Shown: positions 35,706 to 44,400 of the stretch, piece after piece
Numbering within the stretch: the stretch's first letter is position 1
Layout: every line of letters starts with the position of its first letter
IMG/VR virus record: IMGVR_UViG_3300027851_000048
Location: 1-44,400 of that record
Origin: a virus
Lineage: Duplodnaviria; Caudoviricetes
Strand: one strand, 5' to 3'
Length of the DNA: 44,400 nucleotides
Position numbers and translations under genes: made by a program
Notes under the pieces: generated by a model
Told to the model about the DNA's origin: nothing
The model's database searches: none
What the model saw: the letters and a program-made list of their open reading frames with translations, nothing else

Positions 35706-37349
35706 ATGGCCACAATCCCAACCTACCCGGCGGGCGGCGCCGTCAATGCTGCACCCCTGCCGAACGCGCGACAGTCCTCCATCGCCTCACCCGCACTGTT
35801 CGCGGGTCAGCGGCTCGCCGAGCAGGCCGGAGAAGGGCTTGCGATTGGGGGTGCGGTGCTGGGCAACATCCAGCTCCGGATGCAGGAGCGCGCGGACATG
35901 GATGCCGTTGTGCGCGCCGAATCCGAGCTGATCAACAAGGTCACGGACTTCTCGCTCAAGGCGCGCGAGCGGCGCGGTCAGAACGCATACGGGCTGACGG
36001 ACGAGGCGACGAAGTGGTTCGAGGAAGAATCGCGCCGCATGGCCGACGGTCTGGGCAACGACACGCAGCGGCGCGCCTTCCAGAACATCGCGCTGCGCAG
36101 GCAGTCGTCGTTCCGCACCGGCGTGGCCGAACTGGAGCTGGGTGAGCGCAACAAGTCGCTGTCCGAGAGCATGCAGGCGGCGCGCGAGGCGGGCGTGAGC
36201 GCGGTCGCAGCGGACCCGCGCGTGGCGGATGCCGAGCGCGATCGGCTGATGAAGAACATCGACTCGGAGGCTGCGCTGCGCGGCTGGACGCCGGAGATCA
36301 CTGCCCGCGCGCGCACCGAGAACCTGACCAAGCTGCACACCGCCGCAATCGGCAATCTGGTCGAGCAGAACCCCGAGGATGCCAAGGCCTACTACTACAA
36401 GCACCGCGAAGAGATCGACGGCGCCGTGCAGCAGAAGATCACGAAGTTGCTCGACACCGCAGGGCGGGAAGCGAAGGTGCAGGGCGTGGCCGACGAGATC
36501 GAGCGCATGGGCCTGGATGATGAGGCCGCGATCAAGTTCATTCAGGAGAACCACGCCGGAGACGACGAGAAGGCCATCAAGCAGGAATGGCGCACGCGCC
36601 GCGCTGACCGCAACGCGGCCGACATGATGCAAAAGAAGGAAGTCGAGAGCGAGGCGTGGAAGGTCATCGCCGGGGGCGGTGGTCAGAAGCAGATCCCGGT
36701 CAAGCTCTGGAACGAACTTGACGGGCAGACGCAGACGCAGATCAAGGACTACCTCTACCAGCGCGCCAAGCGCGCCGAGTCCGATGCCCAGGGCAAGGCC
36801 ATGAAGACCGACATCACGGCCTATGCGCTGCTGCGCGACGCGGTCACGGCCAACCCGGAGATGGAGACCGGCAAGTTGCTGGCGATGCCGGAGTTCTCGC
36901 GCCTGTCCAGTGGCGACCAGCAGGAGGTGCTCAAGTTTCGGGACTCGCTGCGCAAGGACGAGAAGAAGATCACCGAGGTCCGCACTGCCGACAACCAGAT
37001 CACGAACACGGTGGGCCTGATGGAACTGAAGGGCGAGGCTGCGGCGGCGTTCAAGATCGGCGCGCTGCGCGAAATCGATGCCGAGGCTGCCGCACGGGGC
37101 AAGGCGCTCGGCGCCGACGAGCGGCAGAAGATCATCGACCGCATGCTGGTCGAAGGTGACGTCAATGGCGCATGGCCCGGAGGGGGTCGGCGCTGGTACG
37201 AGGTCGCCGGCACGCCGCAGGCCGAAGAGTTTCGCGCCGAAGTGCCGGACAGCGAGCGGGGCAAGATCGTCGAGGCGCTGCGCCGCGCGAACAAGGAAGT
37301 CACCGAAGAAGCCGTGCAATCCCTCTACCGGAAGAAGGTGGGACTTTGA
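35706..37349 (+). CDS. Ejection protein (T7 gp15-like position)
   Basis: Helical 547-aa protein between the gp14-like and giant genes. Confidence 0.7.
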   Translation: MATIPTYPAGGAVNAAPLPNARQSSIASPALFAGQRLAEQAGEGLAIGGAVLGNIQLRMQERADMDAVVRAESELINKVTDFSLKARERRGQNAYGLTDEATKWFEEESRRMADGLGNDTQRRAFQNIALRRQSSFRTGVAELELGERNKSLSESMQAAREAGVSAVAADPRVADAERDRLMKNIDSEAALRGWTPEITARARTENLTKLHTAAIGNLVEQNPEDAKAYYYKHREEIDGAVQQKITKLLDTAGREAKVQGVADEIERMGLDDEAAIKFIQENHAGDDEKAIKQEWRTRRADRNAADMMQKKEVESEAWKVIAGGGGQKQIPVKLWNELDGQTQTQIKDYLYQRAKRAESDAQGKAMKTDITAYALLRDAVTANPEMETGKLLAMPEFSRLSSGDQQEVLKFRDSLRKDEKKITEVRTADNQITNTVGLMELKGEAAAAFKIGALREIDAEAAARGKALGADERQKIIDRMLVEGDVNGAWPGGGRRWYEVAGTPQAEEFRAEVPDSERGKIVEALRRANKEVTEEAVQSLYRKKVGL

Positions 37350-40300
37350 ACGAATACGATGACCTGCTCGCCGCGGGCGATGCGCGCGGGAGTCTGACCG
37401 CTGCCGCCGGCCACAACCCCGACGAATACGCCCGCGCCCGGCGCGCATCCGAACAGACCGGCCTGCCGCTGGCTGTGAGCTTGCGCAACCTGCCGGCTGT
37501 CGAGCAGAAAGTGAAGCTCAACGAGTACGACCAGATGATGCAGACGGCGCCCGCTGTCGCGCGCCAGATGCGCAACCCTGACGTGGCCGGCGTGGCGCAG
37601 GACGACATTCCGCGTCTGGCGCAGATCGAGCAGTTGATGCGGGATGACTTCATGCGCCCGCAGTCAAGCACCGACGTCGTGAACAACATCATCAAGCCGC
37701 GGCCGTTTGTGTTCGGGCCGATCGCCAAACCGCCCGCGACAGCCGCCAACATCGCTACCGGTCTGGCCGCTGACGCCGGGCAGACGTTGAACCGGTTCCG
37801 CCAAGGCGTGCGCCTGCGGTTCGCCGACGCGCTTGGGCTGGACGACATGCGCGACGAGCAGATCCGTCAGCGGCGTGAGATGGACTTCGCCAGCGAGGTC
37901 ACGACACCCGAGTTCGACAGCAGCACCGCGTCGGGCATCTACAGCGGCGCACAGTCGCTGATCCGTGCCGTGCCGGGCATCGCTGCCGGTGTGGCAACGC
38001 GCAACCCCTACGCCGGTCTTGCTGTCATCGGCGCACAGACTGAGACGGATGCGTATGCCAAGTATCGCGAACGCGGCGCAACCCCAGGTCAGGCAACTAT
38101 TGGGTCGGTCGGCGAAGCGGCGGTCGAGGTCGGTACCGAGATGCTGCCGATGGGCTTCCTCGTGAATCGACTGGGCAAGGCCGGTGCTGGTGAGTTCCTG
38201 TCCGGCCTCTTGCTGCGCGAGATCCCCGGCGAGCAGATCGCAACGCTTGTGCAGGACGCCATCGACACCGCCGTCGCAAACCCCGGAAAGACGTGGGCCG
38301 AGTACCGCGCCGAGCGACCAGACGCCGCCTATCAGACGCTGGTGGCGACCGTCACGATGGCCGGCGCCATGGGTGGCATCAACGTCGTCGCGAACCGGCT
38401 GGCCGGCGAGCAGGAACAGGCCGGCACCACGGATCAAGCGGCCAAGGCCATGCAGCGCCTATTCGAGGTCGCATCCGAATCCACGCTGCGCACGCGCGAG
38501 CCGGCGACCTTCGCCCAGATGGTGCAGGCCGCCGCCGAGGAAACCGGGCAGGCGCCGACCGAAGTGTTTGTCGATGGCCGCATGCTGGCTGACGCCTTCG
38601 CGCAGTCGGGCATCGATCCGGCGCAGGCCATGCCGGCCATCGCGGGCCAACTGCAGGACGCCATTGCGCAGGGTCACGACGTGGCGATCCCCATCGGCGA
38701 GTTGGCCGCGGCGCTCCCGGGTACGGGCATGGAGCAGTCGCTGCTGGAGAACATCCGCTTCCAGGCCGACGGCCCGACCGTTGCCGAGGCGCGTGAGTTC
38801 GAGTCGAAGGCTGGCGAGATGCTGCGCACCGAAGCCGATCGGATCATCGGCGAGCAGCAGGATGAGACGGCAGCCGGTGCACAGGCGCAGACCGTGTTCG
38901 ATGGCGTGCTCGGCCAGTTGAACGCCGCGAATCGCTTCACGCCGGACGTGAATCAGGCCTACGCCACGCTGGTGCGCGACTACTTCACCACGATGGCCGC
39001 GCGCATGGGCACGACGCCGGATGCGCTGTACGAGCGGTTCCCGCTGTCGGTGTCGGCGCAAGGGGTGGGGGGCGGCATCGCGCTGGATCAGGGTGATGTG
39101 CCGGTGACCGGTGGCGCGGGTCTTGATGCCGTTCGCCAGCAGTGGCAGAGCCAAGGCATCGACTTCGCAATCTCGGAATCGCCGGATCGAATCACGGTTT
39201 CCAAGATCGTTGTGCCGGAAGGCTCGCGCGGGCAGGGCGCCGGAACACGCGCCATGCAGCAGCTGATCGATCAGGCTGATGCGGCCGGCAAGGCCATCGT
39301 GCTGTCGCCGTCGGCTGACTTCGGCGGCGACAAGAAACGGCTCACCGCGTTCTACAAGAAGCTGGGTTTCAAGGAAAACAAAGGTCGCAACCGGGCGTTT
39401 TCGACGACAGAGAGCATGTATCGCGAGGCGCCCGGGAAGCCGCTATATCAGTCGCCCACATCCGCCCCCGTGTCCATCGAGGTCGATGGCGTGATCCGCC
39501 CGGCCACGAACAGCAACGGGCAGCGCATCGCACAGACCGAGGAAGGGCTGCGCAACTTCTGGCGCTGGTTCGGCGACAGCAAGGTGGTCGATGCCGACGG
39601 GCGGCCGTTGGTGGTGTATCACGGGACGGGGGAGAAGTTTTCCAGGATTAACCTCAAGAAAGGCGCGCAAGGCCTTTTCTGGTTCGCGTCTGACAGGTCC
39701 GCGATTGAGGCTGGGGAAGTCGGAGCCTCCGGCAATGGCTTCATCATGGAGCTATACGCCAAGATCGAAAACCCGGCCGACTGGAAACAGTACGACCAGC
39801 TCATGCTTGACGAGTTTAAGTCACGCGGGCTTGACGGCGCGGTACTGCCGGAAAAAGACGGGGCGATGACCGGGTTCATCATAAACAGGCCCACTCAGAT
39901 CAAATCCGCCACCGGCAACCGCGGCACGTTCGACCCAGCCGACGCAAGCATCCTGAAACAGGGCGCTCGCGGCGCCTTCGACCCGTCGTCACTGAACATC
40001 GCGCTGCTGGAGAACGCCGACCTCTCGACATTCCTGCACGAAGCCGGTCACGCCTTCCTCGAAATGACGGCCACGATGGCCGCGCAGCCGGAAGCACCCG
40101 AACAGGTGCAGCAGGACATGCGCACGCTGCTGGACTGGATGGGCTTTAGAGGCGGCGCTGCCGAATGGCTGGCGCAACCGGTCGATGTGCGACGCGCCGG
40201 CCACGAGAAGTTCGCCGAGTCGTTCGAGCAGTACCTGTTCGAAGGCACGGCGCCGACGATCGAACTGCAGGCGCTGTTCTCCCGCTTCCGGGCGTGGCTG

Positions 40301-43300
40301 AAATCCGTCTATCGCAGCCTGGAGCAGTTCCTGCGTGGCGCGCAGAACGCCGGCCTCTCGCCCGAGGTGCGCGCGGTGATGGACCGCATGATCGCGACCG
40401 ACGAGGCCATCGCCGAGACGCAGAAGGCGCGCGCAATGGTGCCGCTTTTCAAGACCATCGAGGACGCGCAGGCGGCCGGCATGAGTGCCGAGGAGTTCGA
40501 CGAGTACGCGCGCGGCGCACTCAACGCACAGGAATCCGCGAAGGACGCGCTGCAGTTGCGCGGCATGCGCGACATGAAGTGGCTGTCGAACGCGCGCAGC
40601 AAGGTGATGAAGGCGCTGCAGAAGGGCGCGGCCGAGCAGCGCAAAGCCGTGCGTGCTGAGGTCGAGGCCGAGGTTGCGCGCGAACCGGTCTATGTGGCCC
40701 GTGCGTTCATTGCACGCGGCGAGTTGCCGGAGCGCGACCTGTCCAACGCCGAACGGCGCACGATTGACGCGGCGGCCGGCATGTCGACCAAGCTCTCACT
40801 GCCGGCGCTGAAAGAGATGTACGGCGAGGATCCTGCCGCGCCGTGGCGATACCTGCCGGTCGGCAAGAACGGGCTCGCGGCGACCGAGGGCATGCACCCG
40901 GACGAGGTGGCGCGCATCGTCAATATCGTGCTGGGCGTGCCGCGCTATCAGTCGGGCGACCAGATGGTTCGCGAGTTGCTGGCCGCACCTGCGATGCGCG
41001 AGGTCATCGAGGAGCGCACCGACCAGACGATGCTCGAGCGCTACGGCGACATCACGGGCCCCGAGGCGCTCGCGCGTGCCGCGGACGAGGCGGTGCATAG
41101 CGAAGCGCGGGCGAAGATGATCTCCACCGAACTGGCTGCCATCCGGGGCATGATGCCGCAGCGCAATCTGCTGCTGCGCGCGATCCGCCAAGCCGTCGAT
41201 GCGGCGATTGCCTCACGCCGTGTGCGCGACATGAAGCCGGCGCAATTCGCGGCAGCCGAGGCGCGAGCCGGGCGCGATGCCGAGAAGTCGCTGGCGGCCG
41301 GCGACACCGAACGGGCTGCGCAGGCCAAGCAGGACCAGTTGTTCAACAACGTGGCCACGAAGGCCGCGTATGAAGCGCAGGCTGAGATCGAAAGCGCTGT
41401 GCGCTACTTCAACCGGATGGTCAGCCCGCGCATCCGCAAGAGCATCGACCCCGACTACGCCGACCAGATCGACGCCATGCTGGAGCGCTTCGACTTGCGC
41501 AAGGGTGTCACGCTGCGCGCCATTGAGCGGCGCAAGAGCCTGGCCGCGTGGATCGAGTCAATGCGCGAGCAGGGCATCGAGCCGCAGCTGGACGAGCGGC
41601 TGGAGAACGAGGCGTTCCGCAAGTCCTACAAGGACATGTCGATGGAGGAGTTGCGCGGCCTCGTGGATGCGGTCAAGCAGATCGAGCATCTGGGTCGGCT
41701 GAAATCGAAGTTGCTGACGGCGCGCGATCAACGCGACTTCCGCGCTGCGGTCGATGCAGCAGCGACCAGCATCCGGGACAACGCGCGCCAGACGCTGCCT
41801 GACCGGGTGGAGTCGAACACCTTCGGCGCCAAGTTCGGCAAGGGCGTGCGCCAGTTTTTCGCGATGCACCGCAAGCTCGCGAGCGTCGTGCGCGAGATGG
41901 ACGGCATCAAGGACGGTGGCGTGCTCTGGGATCTGTTCGTGCGCCCGATGAACGAGCGCGGCGACGCCGAATCAGTCATGCCGAGCAGGTCACGATGGCG
42001 CTGTTCGACCTGTACAAGCCCATCCTTGAGGCTGGTCGCCTGCGCCAGAAGATGGTCGTACCCGGCACCGGCATCAGCCTGTCGCGCGAAGGGCGCCTGG
42101 CGATCGCTCTCAACTGGGGCAACGAGACAAACCGGCGCCGGGTGATGGAGGGTGACGGCTGGAACCAGTACCAGGCCGAACGCATCCTGTCGTCACTCAC
42201 GCGCGAGGAATGGCAGTTCGTCGAAGGCGTGTGGGAATACATCGACAGCTTCTGGCCGCAGATCGCCGAGAAGGAACGTCGCGTCACCGGCAGCGCGCCT
42301 GAGAAGGTCGCAGCGGCCCCGTTCTCCGTGACGCTTGCCGACGGCACCACGATCAACCTGCGCGGCGGCTACTACCCGATCAAGTACGACGCCGACCGTT
42401 CTACGCGCAGCATGGCCGACGAAGCGGCCGAGGTGGTCAAGCAGCAACTGCAGGGCGGGTACGCGCGCGCCACCACACGCAGGGGTCACACGAAGGCGCG
42501 AACAGAATCAGTGAATCGGCCGGTGCGCAAGGACTTGAACGTCATCACCGACCATCTGGCGCAGGTCACGCATGACCTGGCGTGGCACGAGTGGTTGATC
42601 GACGCGAACCGGCTGATCAACGCCGCACCGATCGACACGGCCATGCGCGAGCACTACGGCCCCGAGTTCGTGAAGCTGATGCGCGACGCAATCCGCGACA
42701 TCGCCGTCGGCGAGCCGCCTGCACAGAACGTGTTCGAACGCGGCATCAACCATCTGCGTGTGGGTGCCACCATCGCCGGACTGGGCTGGAACCTGATGAC
42801 CTCGCTCATGCAGCCACTGGGTCTCACGCAGTCGATCGTGCGGATCGGGGCCAAGCACGTCGGGCGCGGGATGATGGACCTGTTCGGTGAGCCGGCGAAG
42901 ATGAACCAGAAGGTCGCGTGGGTTTATGAACAGTCGGACTTTATGCGCCTGCGCGGCAAGACGATGCAGCGCGAGATCAACGAAATCCGCAACACGATAT
43001 CCGCGTCCGGCTTCGACTGGCTGGCCGACACGCTGCCCAAGACGGAAGCCGCTCGACGCACTGTTGCCGACAGCTACTTCATGTTCATCGCGTGGGCGCA
43101 GCGCACCGTCGATCTGCCGACCTGGCTGGGTGCGTACCACAAGGCACTGGACGGTGGAGAGCAGCACGACCGCGCAGTGTCGCTGGCCGACCAGGCGGTG
43201 GTTGATTCGCAGGGCGGCGGCATGGTGAAAGACTTGGCCGGCATCCAGCGCGGCAGTCCGATGTTGAAGCTCTGGACGAACTTCTACTCATTCTTCAATA

Positions 43301-43809
43301 CGACCTACAACCTGAGCATCGAGTCGGCAAAGCGCACCGACTTCTCGCAGCCGTCGGACGTGGCGCGGCTCGCGATGGATTACCTGCTGCTCTACACCGT
43401 GCCGACCGTGATCATCACCCTGATGAAGACCGCACTCACCGGCGATGACGATGACTGGGAGCCGGAAAAGCTGGCCGACAAGCTTGCGCGCGAGCAACTG
43501 AACTCCGTGTTCGGCACCGTCGTGGGCGCGCGCGAATTGGCTGCAGCGTTTCAGGGTTACACCGGCTACAGCGGCCCAGCGGGCACGCGCTTCTTCGCCG
43601 AGTTCGCGCGACTGGGCAAGCAGCTTGAACAGGGCGAGCCTGACGGCGCGTTCTTCAAGGCGCTGAACAACTCGGCCGGTGTGCTGCTGCACTACCCGTC
43701 GGGCGCGGTCAATCGCGCGGTGTCGGGTGTCATGGCAATCAGCGAAGGCGAGGTCGAGGGCGTGGGCATGCTGACCGCTCCGCTGTTCGGGCCACCGAGG
43801 AAGCAGTGA
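37346..43809 (+). CDS. Giant polyvalent ejection protein (gp16 position; GNAT, ART-like and zincin domains), interrupted by a 1-nt frameshift near 41981
   Basis: TTG start overlapping the previous stop. GNAT RGQGAGT...FYKKLGF; ART-like WFGDSKVVD..G.PLVVYHGT...QIKSATGN.GTFD; zincin STFLHEAGH. Two ORFs join as ESVM[R]EQVTMALF if one base is restored, giving about 2154 aa. Confidence 0.82.
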
Positions 43810-43815
43810 CGCCGA

Positions 43816-43848
43816 TGCACACATCACAAGGCTGACCGACTGGATCAT
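43816..43848 (+). promoter_or_regulatory. Putative late promoter, copy 3 (tail fibre and lysis operon)
   Basis: TGCACACATCACA-N14-GATCAT in the intergenic gap. Confidence 0.68.
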
Positions 43849-43874
43849 GCGCCGCACCACACGAGGGTATGCGC

Positions 43875-44400
43875 ATGGTCCCCAACACCCCGCGAATCGC
43901 TGGTCCGTACGACGGCAACGGTTCCGCAACGTCATTCCCGTTCGCTTTCAAAGTCTTCACGCGGTCTGATCTGCAGATCGTGCGGCTCAGTGCGCTCGAC
44001 GTCGAATCGACGCTGGTGCTCGACAGCGACTACACCGTTGCGCTCAACGCCGACCAAGATGCGAACCCCGGCGGCACGGTGACCTACCCGATCAGCGGCT
44101 CACCGCTGGCAACCGGCGAGCGCCTGACGATTCGCGGCGCGCTGGAGATCGAGCAGCAGACAGACCTCACGAACCAGGGCGGCTTCTACCCGCAGACGTA
44201 CGAAGATGCGCTGGACCGGTTGACCATGCTGGTCGCGCAAGTCAGCGAAGAGAACGACCGCGCGGTACGCGTCCCGGTGTCGTTGGCTGACGTCGATACC
44301 GCACTGCCGATCCCCGTGGCCGGCGCTGCGCTGGTCTGGAATGAGGATGGCACAGCGATCGTGAATGGCGTGCCGACGGAAAGCCTCGTCGCGCTCTCGG
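43875..44400 (+). CDS. Tail fibre protein, N-terminal part (T7 gp17-like anchor domain; continues at window start)
   Basis: GAGGG RBS; GPYDGNGSATSFPFAFKVF...DYTV...GGTV...Q.TDL.NQG.FYP...EDALDRLTM. Confidence 0.88.
   Translation, partial: MVPNTPRIAGPYDGNGSATSFPFAFKVFTRSDLQIVRLSALDVESTLVLDSDYTVALNADQDANPGGTVTYPISGSPLATGERLTIRGALEIEQQTDLTNQGGFYPQTYEDALDRLTMLVAQVSEENDRAVRVPVSLADVDTALPIPVAGAALVWNEDGTAIVNGVPTESLVALS
44275..44400. repeat. Terminal direct repeat, right copy (126 bp)
   Basis: Identical to 5-130. Confidence 0.95.

Larger units (their letters stand above)
1..44400. mobile_element. Complete temperate podophage (BPP-1/epsilon15-like), circular or excised form
   Basis: Full gene complement, terminal overlap, intact attP and no host genes. 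Confidence 0.92.

Noticed and set aside
25776-37448. Long antisense ORFs (for example 25776-27122, 29310-30854, 35787-37448; also 17156-18598)
   Set aside because: These are shadow frames of high-GC3 genes, with no motifs or RBS, opposite well-supported CDSs.
41860-41872. CAGTTTTTC as a programmed -1 frameshift site for the giant gene
   Set aside because: It is not a canonical X XXY YYZ heptamer, and the upstream frame still looks like real protein for about 35 more codons, which places the break near 41981.

Overview
This window is an apparently complete, circularly permuted, GC-rich temperate podophage genome of about 44,270 bp. Positions 5-130 are repeated exactly at 44275-44400, and one tail-fibre ORF reads through that join. 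The structural module is of the BPP-1/epsilon15 type with a T7-like short tail: terminase, portal, scaffold, major capsid, cement protein, tail adaptor and nozzle, and ejection proteins. The rest is lambdoid: a cI/cro/cII-like switch with four operators, a leftward recombination arm (exonuclease, RecT-like, RdgC-FtsKgamma, SMC-like ATPase), a DUF1376 initiator with DnaB and RusA, a holin/M15 endolysin/spanin cassette, and a tyrosine integrase with an AlpA excisionase. Five observations stand out. (1) The attP region encodes a replacement MutS N-terminus (RBS-GTG...TPMMAQY), which points to integration into the 5' end of host mutS and to phage control of mismatch repair. (2) A C5 DNA methyltransferase is written as two fully overlapping reading frames over about 1.2 kb, and one G9 tract swaps the C-termini of both. 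(3) A phage-specific late-promoter motif, TGCACACAT(N4)-N14-GAYCAT, sits at the heads of the structural operons. (4) A polyvalent ejection protein of about 2150 aa carries GNAT, ADP-ribosyltransferase-like and zincin domains and has a 1-nt frameshift. (5) Two different SGNH esterases are present, one of them secreted and coupled to the holin. All family assignments come from motif recognition and synteny by eye; no database searches were run.
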